From the NCBI RefSeq assembly GCF_009914755.1, contig NC_060930.1: a stretch of 64,000 nucleotides of DNA, one strand, 5' to 3'. The stretch comes from the human T2T-CHM13v2.0 reference genome, Homo sapiens. Within the stretch, counting starts at the first letter, position 1. The number at the start of each line of letters is the position of its first letter. This document shows, piece after piece, positions 13,632 to 27,859 of the stretch. The notes beneath the pieces are model-generated. The model was not told the origin of the DNA, did not search any database, and saw nothing but the letters and a program-made list of their open reading frames with translations. Both the position numbers and the translations under genes were made by a program.

Positions 13632-16335
13632 AAAATTTTTATTTTTATTTTAAGTTCCAGGGTACATGTGCAGGAGGATGTACAGGTTTGTTACACAGGT
13701 AAACATGTGCCATGGTGGTTTGCTGCAACTATCAACCTATCACCTAGGTATTAAACCCAGTATATATTAGCTATTTTTCCTAATGCTCTCCCTCCCCCTA
13801 CCCTACTCCCCGACAGGCCCCAGTGTGTATTGTTTTGCTCCCTGTGTCCATGTGTTCTCACTGTTCAGCTACTACTTATAAGTGAGAGAGAATATGTGGT
13901 GTTTGGTTTTCTGTTCCTGTGTTAGTTTCCTGAGGATAATGGTTTCCAGCTCCATCCATGTCCCTGCAATGGACATGATCTCATTCCTTTTAGGGCTGCC
14001 TAGTATTCCATAGTGTATATGTAACACATTTTTTATCTAGTCTATTATTGATGGGAATTCAGGTTGATTTCATATCTTTGCTATTGTGAATAGTGCTGCA
14101 ATGAACAAACATGTGCATCTATCTTATAAAAGAAGTCAAGTAGTGTGATGCCTCTAGCTTTGTTCTTTTTGCTTAGCATTGTCTTGGATATATGAGCTCT
14201 ATTTTGGTTCCACATGAATTTTAAAATAGTTTTTGTCTAATTCTGTGAAGAATGTCAATGGTAGTTTAGCATTGAATCTATAAATTACTTTAGGCAGTAT
14301 GGCCATTTTCACTATATTGATTCTTACTATCCATGAGCATGGAATTATTTTCCATTTGTTTGTGTCTTCTCTGATTTCCCCACTGTTGATATATGGCAGA
14401 CCATTGAGACCGAAAATTAACAAAGATATTCAGGACTTGATCTCATCTCTGGATCAAATGGACGTGATAGATATCTACAGAACTCTCCACCCAAAAACAA
14501 CAAAATACACATTCTTCTCAGTGCCACATGGCACTTATTCTAAAATTGATCACATAATTAGAAGTAAACCACTCCTCAGCAAATGCAAAAAGACTGATAT
14601 CATAACAACCAGTCTCTCAGACCATAGTTCAATCAAGTAAGAATTCAAGATTAAGAAACTCACTCAAAACTACACAACTACATGGAAATTGAACAACCTG
14701 CTTCTGAATGACTCCTGGGTAAATAATGAAACTATGGCAGAAATCAATAAGTTATTTGAAGCTAATGAGAACAAACAGAAAATGTACCAGAATCTCTGAG
14801 ACGCAGCTAAGGTAGTGTTAAGAGGGAAATTTATAGCACTAAATGCCCGCACTGAAAAGCTAGAAAAGCTAGAAAATCTGAAAAGCTAAAAGCCCACACT
14901 GAAAAGCTGAAAAGCTAGAAAGATCTCAAATCAACATCTTAACATCACAACTAAAAGAACTAAAAAACCAAGAGCAAATATGCCTCAAAGCTAGCAGAAG
15001 GCAAGAAATATCCAAGATCAGAGCAGAACTGAAGGAGATAGAGACATGAAAAACCCTTCAAAAATAAATGAATCCAGGAGCTGGTTTTTTGAAAAATGTA
15101 ATAAAATAGATAGATTGGTAGCTAGACTAATAAAGAAGAAAATAAAGAAGAATCGGATAGACACAATAAAAAATGATAAAGGGGATTTCACACTGACCCC
15201 ATAGAAATACAAACAACCATCAGATAATACCATAAATGCTTATATGAAAATAAACTGGAAAATCTAGAATAAATGGACAAATTCCTGGACACATACACCC
15301 TCCCAAGACTGAACCTGAGTATACCAATAATGAGTTCTAAAGTTAAGAAAGTAATAAATAGCCTGACAACAAAAAAGGAGCCCAGGGGCAGATGGATTTA
15401 CAGCTGAATTATACCAGAGGTAAAAAGAGGAGCTTTACCATTTCTTCAAAACTATTCCAAACAATTGAAAAGGAGGGACTCCTCCCTGACCCATTTTATG
15501 AGGCCAGCACCATTCTGATACCAAAACCTGGCAGAGACACAACAGAAAAAGAAAACCTTAGGCCAATACTCCTGATGAACATCAGTGCAAAAATTATCAA
15601 TAAAATACTGGCAAACTGAATCCAACAGCACATCAAAAAGCTTGTCCACCACAAGCAAGTTGGTTTCATCCCCAGGATGCAAGGCTGGTTCAATACATGG
15701 AAATCAATAAACATAATTCATCACAAAAACAGAACTAAAGACAAAAGCCACATGATGAGCTCCACAGATGCAGAAAAGGCCTTCAGTAAAATTAAACATC
15801 CCTTCATGTTATAAAAATTCTCAATAAACTAGGTATTGAAGGAACATGCCTCAAAATAATAAGAGCCATTTATGACAAACCCACAGCCAATATCATAATG
15901 AATGGCAAAAGCTGGAAGCTTTCCCCTTGAAAATTGGCACAAGACAAGGATGCCCTCTCTCACCGCTCATATTCAACATAGTATTGGAAGTTCTGGCCAG
16001 GGCAATCAAGCAAGAGAAAGAAAGAAACAGTATTCAAATAGGAAGAGAGGAAGTCAAATTGTCTTTGTTTGCAGATGGCATGATCCTATATCTAGAAAAC
16101 CACACTGTCTTAGCCCAAAAGCTTTTTAAGCTGATGAGCAACTTCAGCTGTCTCTGGATAAAAAATCAATGTGCAAAAGTCACAAGCACTTCTATACACC
16201 AACAACAGACAAGCAGAGAGCCAAATCATGAATGAAATCCCATTCACAATTGCTACAAAGATAATAAAATACGTGGGAAGATAGTTAACAAGGGAAGTGA
16301 AGGACCTCCTCAAGGAGAACTACAAACTGCTGCTC
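13632..16335 (-). mobile_element. L1PA8-13-type with 5' inversion (3' piece on minus 13632-14379, inverted piece on plus 14378-16335) and an internal deletion near 14130
   Basis: 3'UTR reverse complement at left; plus-strand ORF2 EN/RT remnants ([19 protein letters not shown]); the two pieces are contiguous in L1 coordinates (CTGCTC..GGAAAT); TSD only degenerate. Confidence 0.92.
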
Positions 16336-18646
16336 TAGAAAAATTTTCATTCTTTTTTGAAAAATTGTCTTCAAACCTTAGTCAGTTGGGGAAAGCTTCT
16401 AATAAATGTACAGATAATAATGTTCATAATATTTACTTTTCAGAGTCATTGTAAATAATGTCTTTTACCAAAACTATTTTTCAAGTATACCGTAACTTGC
16501 AAGATGGGAAACCACAATGTCATACTTGCTCATATTCCACATTATCCAGATTGAAGTCATAATTAACATGTTTACACATTAGAAGGCATCCAAAAACACT
16601 GTCAATTTCTCTTCAAAACATGTTAAATTTTCTTCGATTTTTGAAAATTTTTTTGTGTAACATTTTTAATTTTCTAAGAACATTTTAAATTATATTTCGG
16701 CTTTCCCTCTATTTTAGGATTTCAAAATATTAGAAATATAAACATTAAAATATTAAAATTGTAGAAATTTATTCCTAGTTTCTTATTTATTAACTTAAAA
16801 TTTAATAAATATGGTTTTGACTTAGCAATCATATGTTTGCCCTTATTCTACATGTTTTCTGCTATTCAGACCATCCCTCTATGCTCTCTTTCCTTTTTTT
16901 GGCTTTCTTTTATTGTGGTATCTAAAATCTCATTTTTTATTTCCTCCCAATAATATTACATTCCCTTCAATAATTTACTCATGATGTGTAATAATAATAT
17001 ATGACTGATTATTAAAATTAGATTCTTGATCACTTTGGCTGATAACTCAAAGGTTGAGCAGAATACAAGGGATGTTCAGTTGACCTCACATTCCCTTTTT
17101 GAGGTGCTAGACCTGCTATACCACTGATACAGAACTTGCAAAAACAGATGCCTAAAACTGATTTCAGCACCCTGGATTCATCTAAAGATTCTAAACACTT
17201 CTAGCTGATAGTTAAAGAATGTCAAGAATGTGTAGAATTACTGATACATCTCCCATACTCCCCATAGGGTAGAGATAATAACTTTTTTCTCCCTCAGGTC
17301 TGGTAAATGGGGCTTCAAAAGGTCCACATGAAATGCTTTAAAAGGACCACTTGGAGAGCACACCACTCTTTCTCCAATGACAAAAGCAAGTCAGTCCACT
17401 GAAAGTCATCCCATAAAGGACACAGCCCAAGACGGCCACCTGGAGAACAATGGGACTCCAACAGAAAGGGTCTATGTGAGATGGACCTCACATAGTGAAG
17501 CACAAACAAACATGAGATTGTGGTTTTCTATTTTGCAAGTTGCAGCTCTCAGAAACTGAGAGCTGGAGTCGTAAGCAGCCCATATTACTTGCATTGCTCT
17601 GGAAAATGCCCTGGGGAAGTCTCTAAGAAAACGTAAGTGTTCCACAACAGAATTTTAAACATTTGCCAAGCACTAGTAGACAAGACAGCAGTGGCCAGAT
17701 AAGTGGTCATGTGTTCTTTCCCTTATTCTTCTCTACTTCTAGTCAAACTCTAGATAAGTCTGAGTTCATGGTAAGACAGAGAGAAAAAAAAACACAAAAG
17801 CACTGTGGGGAAATAGAAGAAAAGTTCCTCATCATCACTGACCTCACTGCAGGCTTTCTAGACTAAATTAGAAAGAGGCTAAAGAAGATATGACTTGTAA
17901 CATATTTTTCATGTTAACAGTTACCATAGACACTAAGGGTATTATTGGAATAAATGATGTCTAGAGGATGTTCTGTTATTCAAGAGTAATGAGAAAAGCT
18001 ATAGTACCTGTCTAACATTTCATTCAGGGGGAGAGAAAGAATATTCACTGAGCAATTTTGAAGACAGAGTGAAAAAAATAATGATAATGTTTTGTTTGAA
18101 CCCTATTGAGTACAGCTCAGGCTATACAATGGTTATTTTTTAAAATTTCTTTCCCTTTACTACTTAATGTGTGCCACAAAATGATTTAATGTCGTGAGTC
18201 ATAGGTCTTGATAAAGCATTCACAAGAAGTCCAAGGTCATGTGTCTGTGGATTATGTTCCAAATTTCTAGGGGTGAGAAGGAGTTACGATGAAATCTTTA
18301 TCATCAAAATCAAACAATTTAAGAAACTTTCAGCCAGAGAAAAAGTAAAATCAATGATCAAGTATACCCTGTTATTCATGTCATTGATCAGCATTAATCT
18401 TCACAGCACATCAAAGCACTGATAGAAACATGCAGACAAGGGACTCTACTCTGACAGAGGCAACCATAAGTCTCATCCTGAGAATCAAATAAAGTGAGGG
18501 CTTAGTACTGCCGATCACGATGCCAGTTTGATTGTAAGGAGCAAGCAGCTCTGGGAAAGTGCAACGGCACCTCTATCTGGGAAAGGAGATCTGGGCTTTG
18601 AAGGGTTTTCTTATCCAGAAGGGAAAATTTGCTAGAGTCAAAGTGT

Positions 18647-18650
<4 letters not shown>

Positions 18651-18686
<36 letters not shown>
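18651..18686. repeat. (CA)18 microsatellite
   Basis: Direct reading. Confidence 0.95.
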
Positions 18687-18687
<1 letters not shown>

Positions 18688-19789
18688 CTAAAGCATCGTA
18701 TCAAATAAGCTGGAAACGAAGAAGTCCATGTAATTATCACATGAAAGTGACATTGAAGGAAGATGAGCAACATTTTCTTTAACTTGTAGCAGGGCATTTT
18801 AACTGATCAAGAAAGGTTCCAATCTTGCGACTTTTACCATACTTGACTCACCATCTAATACATGCTTGCAACAAGAGTTCATCATGGGATGTTGTTTTGC
18901 AAATGGGAGACGGTGCAGGAGTTTGATAAGAGGAAAGTTTAGGGCCTAGGAAAGTGGAAGAGGATGAAAGGCATGGGATAGTGTCTGATTTACTTGAACT
19001 TACTTTGAGGTTATTTGATTTCAACATGAAGGGCAAGCACTGAAGGTAAAGATTTCTTAAGAAGCATGAAATTCTGGGCAAAAATGGAAGCTGAGGAATG
19101 CTTCCCAAAAGGTTTGTAAAATGCTGATTGCAAGCAAAGCGTGGGTCTGACCCTTTGAACTGCACAGGATGGAAGCAGTGACACATCTCCTCTTTCTGCA
19201 TGGGGTCCAAGAAGCTAGAGCAAGAGCACAAAGCATGATGTGGCCATTTACAGAATTGTGATCATGAACCCTTAGACCTTCATTTAATACTTCAAAGCAA
19301 CTGACTTTGAGGGGAACTAATTTTCTTCTTGCAGAGTTTATAATTTAGGTAACAAATTAAAACAAGAAAACTTTGAGTGGAGATTGAAACTGGTGGAAAT
19401 TTTAGATGGACTTTGCATGATAACTACTCCCTTTCACTTCTGCTTCTCTGTAAGACAAGATACTCTGGCTTTTCTCCAATAAATTTACTTATTTGCTTAT
19501 GTTAACTCAGGTTCAAGATGTTTGCAGCCAAAGAATTTTGATTTCAGACAGAAGTAGGAATTTTTTTTACCATGTATTTATTTCATATAAAATTATTATT
19601 CTCATTAAAATCAACATATTATCGCCTCCTGTGAATGTGCTTCTCTGCTTGCTTTATAGAGACAAATATTTACACCCAACAGAAACAGTCGACACTATCA
19701 AGAGTGCTATCATTTTCAGGTTATTGAAGATGTAAATAATGCGTAACAAAATTAATTCAGAGAAATGGCTATAAATTAAAACAAATTAG

Positions 19790-19949
19790 GGTGGGGGGAG
19801 GGGGGAGGGATAGCATCGGGAGATATACCTAATGCTAGATGACGAGTTAGTGGGTGCAGCGCACCAGCATGGCACATGCATACATATGTAACTAACCTGC
19901 ACATTGTGCACATGTACCCTAAAACTTAAAGTATAATAATAATTAAAAA
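19790..19949 (+). mobile_element. L1PA2/L1PA3 3' terminal 160-bp insertion
   Basis: G-rich 3'UTR, GCTAGATGACGAGTTAGTGGG; perfect 17-bp TSD AAATTAAAACAAATTAG at 19773-19789 and 19950-19966. Confidence 0.95.
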
Positions 19950-20417
19950 AAATTAAAACAAATTAGAATAAGATTGTAGCTCAGGGGTTCTAATGACGAG
20001 TGCTAAGTTTCTTTTTCTGCTAAAATGTTCTGTTTTAGAATATTCCTCCTGTTTGTCTGCTCTAGAAAAGCAAACTTTCTTTCCAGAGGTTTCTTGATCA
20101 GTTTTCACTCTATGTCTCCCAAATAAAGCCCACTGGCTCCCTTAGTAAAGTAACTCTTGATTCCCAAGTACATTCGGAGGCAGCATCTGTGTTCTAATCC
20201 ACAGGTCTGTCCTAGGCTTTTCTCATTTGCCGTTGCTCTCAGCTCGGAGAGCCTAAGGGAGTTTTGGTTGAATATGGAGGCAGAAATATAACATTTTTTT
20301 AAAATAGTGCTTAAGATGCACCTTTATCACTATTACACCAATCACTGTAAACTATATAACATTTTTTAATCAAAGTATAGACTATTCTCCAGTACAACAA
20401 TGTATGATGCATAGGCA

Positions 20418-20841
20418 CGTATTAGATTGTTCTCACACTGTTATAAAGGAATGCCTGAGACTGGGTAATTTATACAGAAAATAAGTTTAATTTGCTCACA
20501 GTTCCTCAGGCTGTACAGGAAGGATGAGCCTGGCATCTGCTCAGTTTCTGGGGAGGCTTCAGGAAACTTACTCAATCATGGAGGAAGGCAAAGGGGTAGC
20601 AAGCATGTCACACAACGAGAGCAGGAGTAACAGAGCAGGGGAGATGCCACACACCTTTAAATGACCAGCTCTCCTGAGAACTCACTCATTATCACAAGTA
20701 CAATACCAAGGGAATGATACTAAATCACACATGAGAACTCTGCCCCCATGATTCAATCACCTCCTACCAGGCCCCAGCTCCAATACTGGGGATTACAATT
20801 CAACATGAATTTGAGTGGGGACACAGATCCAAGCCATATGA
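20418..20841 (-). mobile_element. MSTA/MSTB MaLR solo LTR
   Basis: GAGACTGGGTAATTTATA ... GGGGATTACAATTCAACATGA ... CCAAGCCATAT typical of MST reverse complement. Confidence 0.9.
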
Positions 20842-21799
20842 GGCTTCAAGAATATTCAAGTGAGTAGGACCCAATCATTCTATCTCTAGAGGGTATTTTC
20901 TGGAGATAATAGGACACCAAGCTTTATTTAAGCTGTCTGCACTTTTGCCAGTTGTTGAATCCTAAGGTGAGATAACATGCATTTTCTGAAACGGCTCTGT
21001 TGTATCTATGAAGGTTTTATTTGGATATCAACAAATTTTGGATTAATACTTAATATATTAAAATTGCTTGAAATCCAGGTTTCCCAAATCAGCCTTTCTC
21101 TGGGATCTTCCAGTGAATCTCTTATTTCACCTTAAAGGTCACAGAGAAGGGGTTCTAGTTGCTGCTTGCCAGTCTCTAAAAGTAAGATTCTGGCATCTAA
21201 ATTACTTTTGGCAAGAAATTGAAGGGTTCTTCTCTGTGTCTCCTGATAATTCACAGGCAAACAGTATGTAATTATAAACTCTCAAAAGAGGAGGAACAGT
21301 TAATTTTACCACCAAGTGATAGTCTAACAAAATTCACTCTGTAACAACTCATAGGTCTTTTGAAAGGCTATAGAGTCATCTTTATACTTAGTGCAACTCT
21401 GATGGATTCAGGATCTGTCCTCAGCCTTGCAAGTCCTGAACTTACCGAGGGATAGTCAGGAATAGATTTGTTACCTTTTCAAGAATTATTATTTCCATTT
21501 CTATACACACTTGGAATGTATAAAGTAAATTTAGTATATGTTACTCGAACTTTACTTAAGCATCTATATGTTGCATGGTGTTTTACTGATTTCTCTGAGA
21601 AACTGAGTTTAGAAATAACCCAGCTAACATGGCACCTAATGACTATCATTCTCCTAGGTCCCATTTTTTGTTCTTGGCACCACCACGAGCTCAAAGTTTC
21701 AGCTAAGAGCCAGTTCAGTTTATGGCAAAGTCAGTATAAATAACAACTATAAAGGTAACCAGTTAGTGTACAATACAAGGAAGACTTTTTTCAACTTCT

Positions 21800-22075
21800 T
21801 AATGCGGTATTTTCAAACTTTCAGTGGTGAAGATACAGGGTTTTTTGTTGGTTTGTTCATTTGTTTTGTCTTAATTTATAATCTAAAGCAGACACTAAAA
21901 GTAAATTATTAGAAAAGTTAAAAAGACACAAGATATAAAGCCAAGTTTTTGACCTAAAATTACCCTGTCAAATTTTACACAATTTTTGACATACTCACTC
22001 TCAATTTCTGTACTTATCTTATTGCAGACAGATGGCAGTTTTTAACATCAACATTGGACCTTAGACTACACTATA
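21800..22075. mobile_element. Possible hAT-Charlie DNA transposon relic
   Basis: TTTTCAAACTTT start; ACTCTCAATTTCTGTACTTATCT internal motif; degenerate GACTACACT end. Confidence 0.35.
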
Positions 22076-22278
22076 AATTATCCTCTAAAAAAAGATTCTT
22101 AGAAGTAAATTTATGAAGGCACAATTTCAACTAAGCTTAACAGTTGAAGAACTATAATGCTACATATTTCCAGCAATTTTTTTAAAAAATCCATTGCTAT
22201 GTCATATTTTGTTTTGTTAGGCAACTTTATCTCATTTTCTTGGGTACTTCGGGACTTATTTTATATGATGAGACACAC

Positions 22279-22620
22279 TGCTATAATCTGAATGTTTAGG
22301 TCCCTCCAAAATCATATATTGAAATCCTCACATCCAGGGTGATGGTTAGGGGGTGGAGTCTTTGGGAGGTGATTAGATCATAGGAGGGGACTTAGTGCTC
22401 TAACAAAAGAGGCCCATAGAAATATTCCGACCTCCTTTCTCTGTGTCAGGTTAAAATGAGAAGACAACTGTTTATGAGGAAGCAAGCCCTCAGCAGACCC
22501 TTGATATGCCAGAGTCTTGATCTTGGATTTCCCAGCCTCTAGAATTGTGAGAAATACATTTATTTCGTTTCTAAACAACCCCATTATATTTTGTTATAGC
22601 AGCCTGAACAGACTAAGACA
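22279..22620 (+). mobile_element. MLT1A-type MaLR solo LTR
   Basis: TGCTATAATCTGAATGTT start; TTGTTATAGCAGCCTGAACAGACTAAGACA end. Confidence 0.88.
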
Positions 22621-23194
22621 GAGATCACTTTCTATGCACATTGGTTCTTATTTTTGGAAATAAAAAAATTTAAAACATCTATTATACAAGAGTTCATATA
22701 TATATATATATATATGTATAATTCTGATTGATAGATGTCTTTGACTACCTTGGTCCCTCTGCCTGGAGGTTTTTGATTTTGTTTCTTTTTTCTTCAATTC
22801 ACACAACAAATCTAAAATCTGACAATCTCATGAAGTCCAGTTCAGTTGCTAACATCTCCAGGAAACTGTTGCAGATTCTCATAGCTGAAACTTTTCTCTT
22901 TCTCTGCTACAAAGCTCTTTCCCTGGTTTTCTTTTATGGCTTACTATTAGATTCAGGTCACATACGTGATATTGTATTTTTCCTTCTACAAAAGTGATTC
23001 CATTCAGGGAAAGTCTGTATCTTATCCAGGTACCTCACCATAATATCACAATTCCCCATTATTTTTATTCTATATGCACGTTTAGTAATTTAATGTTTTT
23101 AATAGTTAATTTTTTTGTCTGTATTCTTAATAAAATGTGAACTTGGTAACATAAAAAACCTCATCTACCTTCTTTAGCACTTATTTCTGGCAAA

Positions 23195-23430
23195 TGCAAT
23201 AACAAAAATAATACAATTTATGTGCCAGGATTTATTCTAGGCCATTTAGTCCATACAATAATGCAATGAGAAAGGTAATATTATCATTCCCACATATTGA
23301 TGAGAAAACGAAAGCATCCCTTTTAAGTAACTTATGCAAGGTATGATAGTTACTTTACTAATTAATAAGCTGGGAGTGATTTACGCTTCAATAGTGTATT
23401 TTCAGGAAATGTAATATTAACCACTATTTC
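23195..23430 (-). mobile_element. MIR
   Basis: TATGTGCCAGG...GGTAATATTATCATTCCCACATATTGATGAGAAAACGAAAGCA...AAGTAACTT core. Confidence 0.7.
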
Positions 23431-25653
23431 TTACTTACCATTAATGAATGGCATATAGTAGATGATAAATACATATTTATAAATAAATTAATATAAAGGA
23501 AAGTACTAATTAACTTTTAATTAAGATAACTTAATAAATAATCTAAAGACATGGACTTTTTAAGGACAAAACCTAAAATAAATATAATATTTTTAAAAAT
23601 AGTATTGCATTTTCAGAAAACAAATCAACTGCTGCTAATTAACACCTCTTTAATATATTTAACAAGCAATATTTCTGTGGTTCATAAAGTATTAAAATGT
23701 AAGAGAAAAGCTTGCTATCAATTTGAAGAAAAGTAATCCCAATATATTTGTTTTCTTAATTGACTTAGACTGGCCATTTCACTGAGTAAACCAGTTAATT
23801 TTGCAATACTATTAGATAGCTAAGCAAATCTTTTGTGGAACACTAACTGTTAAGAGAACAAAAAAGTATTGTATAATAATTTGGCATTGAATAATAATTA
23901 GCAGAATAGAAAAATAATTGTAATAAACTCTTTACTAGCAAACTAGCCTCTTAATTAAAGATTTACAAACAATTTATATATTCTAAATACACTTTCATGC
24001 TGTATATCATTCAGTGTCTCTTGAAATAGATCATACCATGTTTATTAATAAATGAAGGCCGAGTACTATTAATAGCCTTAAGCAAAAAAGTGAGATTTCT
24101 TTTCCAATAGCAATTAACCCCAAGTAATAGAAAGACTGCTGAAATGTCATTCAGAAAAAGAGGCAGACAGCGTTTCCAGAAAGAATAATAAACCTGAAGT
24201 CCAGAAATCCTCACTGCCACTTCAAGTTCAGATTGCAGATTCACACTCTGAGGTCCCCTGCATGACTCCAGAGAGAAAAGCAGGAGAGTCAAGAACAATT
24301 GAAAAGGGTGCAATGTTATCAATATAAATGAGATTAATGTTGAAAAGATCATCAACAGTTCAGAATGGTAAGGACTGAATTGTACTCAAGAAAGCGAAGG
24401 ACAAAGTGACAAAAATAATGGCTATTTAGGAGGAAAAAAAGAGGCAATAGATTCAATCATCCAATATAAGTTTAATCTTAGACCTGAAACAAAAACATCA
24501 AAACATGACTATGTAAATCTTGAAGACGAAATTTGTAGAATCTTATAATACTTTTCCTAATGTTATCAAGAAAACACACACACACCAAAAAAGGCAATCA
24601 GCAAATGTTAAATATATTTTTCTTTTAGTTGCTCTTTAGAGTATTTATCCAAAATGAAAAAGTGTAATAACAGAGAAAGCAAACAATAAAATCTAATATT
24701 GAGAATTAAGCAATTATTGTTTCATTTTTACTGACATAACGAGACATCTTTTCTTATTCCTCTTCTGGGTCTGATTTGTGGGAAAAGAATTCCACTGCCA
24801 AATGCAGACTGCTGTCTAAATTTCACATGACTTCTAGTTCAGAAACAGTTCTCGTGTCTACGCAGCTTTTTCACGTGCCTTCAATTTATCATAAAGATGA
24901 ACTGAATAAACTAAAGTACTCTTGAATATCTGTGCATAACACAGTTTCTAAGGTTTTCTGACAGGGAAGTTTGACCAAAAACCTATCAGTTCAGTAACCC
25001 ATAATAGATTGGATGTTTTATTTTCAAGTTTTTTTATCAGTTTCCTGACAAAAAGCTCAGACAACAGTGAAAGTGACAATTTTTTGATTATATGATCAGA
25101 GCTGCTTTTCTTTTCATTTTACCTTCTGGCATTGTTGTCTCCTTGAGCTATATAGATGTGCTAGTGAAATATTAATAGAGTTATAATCCTCTAGCCTGGT
25201 GACAGCTAGTCATAAATTATCAGGCCATTATTAGCAAAGGCACTCTGGATCAACCCATGTCAAAAGATATGGAGTAGTGTTCAAGATGCTGGACAAAGAA
25301 GAGTATACGCAGAGCACCACAGAAAAGGATTTGTTTACTGCTCTTTTCACCAAGGGCATTTGAATAGCAATCAACCTGTTTATGATGATAATTGCTATGT
25401 AGAATTTATTATAGAGGAGATATCAAATGAATAAAGAATTATCTTTTCAAGTGCATTAAATATAGGTCAGCAAATTTACAGTGATAATTAATTAAATTAT
25501 GATTAGCCAAGTAAAAGGTTGCTCAGTGATTATTCTAAAAAGGCAGGTTATAAAAACAGATAAAAGTTCATAAGTTTTATTCAATTATTCGATGGAAATA
25601 AAATCATTCAAAAAAGAAAAGCGGTACAAAAAAAAGTGCATATGAAATTCTTT

Positions 25654-27139
25654 TTTTTTTTTAATTTTTGCTGTTGAATTCATTGCCAGAAATCACTCCT
25701 TTGTTATTATATATTGACAAATTATAGTTGTATATATTTATGGGATACAGAGTGGATTGTGGTTTTTTAATACAATGTGGAATGATTAAATTAAGCTAAT
25801 TAACATATATATCACCTTAAATATTTAACATTTTTGTGATGAGAACATTAGAAATTTACTCTCAGTGATACTGAAATGTACAGTACTCAATTATTATCTA
25901 TATTCAGCATGCTGTGCTATTGATCTCAAGAAAAAAAGCAATCAAACTTATTTCTCCTATGTGAGGCTTTTTACCCACCATGTCCCCATGCCCCTAACCC
26001 TCCAGTCTCTGGTAACCACCAGTCAGTCTACTTTGCTTCTGAGTTCAATTGCTTTAGATTCCACATAAAAGTGAGAACATGTAGTATTTGCCTTTCAGTA
26101 TTTGGCTTATTTCACTTAGCATAAGTTTGAGACTTGGAACCAACCTAAATGTCCAACAATGATAGAGTGGATTAAGAAAATGTGGCACATATACACCATG
26201 GAATACCATGCAGCCATAAAAAATGATGAGTTCATGTCCTTTATAGGGACATGGATGAAATTGGAAATCATCATTCTCAGTAAACTATCGCAAGAACAAA
26301 AAACCAAACACCGCATATTCTCACTCATAGGTGGGAATTGAACAATGAGATCACATGGACACAGGAAGGGGAACATCACACTCTGGGGACTGTTGTGGGG
26401 TGGGGGGAGAGGGGAGGGATAGCACTGGGAGATATAACTAATGCTAGGTGACAAGTTAGTGGGTGCAGCGCACCAGCATGGCACATGTATACATATGTAA
26501 CTAACCTGCACAATGTGCACATGTACCCTAAAACTTAAAGTATAATAATAAAAGAAAAAAAAAAACTTAAAAAAAAAAAGAAATGGGAAAGGGACCTGAA
26601 TAGATATTTCTCAACTGAAGACATACAAATGGCTAACAGATAAATGAAAACAATGTCCAACATTGGTAATCATTCAAGTGATATAAATTAAAACTACTAT
26701 GCAATATGACCGCACACCTGTTAGAATGGCTATTATAAAAAAGACAAAAGAGAAGTGTTGGCAAGGATATAGAGAAAAGAGAACGCTTTATGCTGTTGGT
26801 GGGAATGTAAATTAGTACAACCCTTATGGAAAAAAAGTATGGAAGTTCCTCGAAAAATTAAAAGTAGAATTAACATAAGATCTAGCAATTCCACTTCTGG
26901 ATAGTACCTGAATGATATGAAATCAGTATATGAAAGAAATATCTGTACTCCCTTGTTCAATGAAGTACTATTCACAATATCCAAGTTGTGGAATCAACCT
27001 AAATCTCTATCAAGGGATAAATGGATAAAGAAAATGTGATATGTGTATATGATAGAATACTGTTCAGCCTTAAAAAGATGAAATTTTTTCATTTGTGACA
27101 GCATGGACGACATGTTTGTGACAACATGGATAAAATTGG
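25654..27139 (-). mobile_element. L1MA-type element with 5' inversion (3' piece minus about 25705-26125; inverted piece plus about 26580-27139), interrupted by L1PA2
   Basis: Perfect 16-bp TSD GCATATGAAATTCTTT at 25638-25653 and 27140-27155; poly-T at left; the two pieces are nearly contiguous in consensus (ACAACATGGAT...TTATGCTAAGTGAAATAAGCC). Confidence 0.88.
26130..26579 (+). mobile_element. L1PA2 3' end, 5'-truncated
   Basis: AATGAGATCACATGGACAC and CACAATGTGCAC (L1PA2/L1HS-type), not ACA at the Ta site; A-tail; no TSD seen. Confidence 0.92.
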
Positions 27140-27859
27140 GCATATGAAATTCTTTACAAACACGTGAGAGAAAAATATGCATACATCTGAAATTAAGAAA
27201 TAGTTTTAAAATATATTCTCAAAATGACTAATATAATTTATAAATAAAATTGGTCAATGACAGTAGTAATAAAATCCTATGAGCATTGAGTCTTCATAAG
27301 ATTATATTTGAATTTTATCAATTCATACTTCATTGCCTTACATGTTTGTGTTATTTTTCTAAGTAGACATGAATCTACTTAGTAACAAAATTATGAAAAT
27401 AATATAAAAATAAAAGATACCAAAAGATATTGTCTCTTTAAATATAAAACACCTATCAAAGTAATGTATAAACTGTGAAAAAAAATCGTAATTTTAATTC
27501 TCATTAGGAACAATGAATTTGTTAAATTTGTAAGCATTTGGATCTTCAAAAAGCTAAGTACCAAAGCTGCTGTGTGGATTAAAGAGTTTATTTTGTAATT
27601 ATGATTACAATTATAATTACAATTATGGCTATTACTACTCTTTGCAAATATTCTCAGATTTTGATATTGATGTAAATTCTTTAACTTTAACTTGGCCAAT
27701 AATGCCATTATATACTTTTCTTTCTGGATCAAGGTAATGATTGTGTTTTTTGGAGCTTCTAATTAATATTCTTGTAAATAAAAACCAAACTAAAATCTGG
27801 AAAATAAATGACAAGTTTAATAATAGTAATCAAAGGCAAATTTCTGTCAAGCATTTGTT

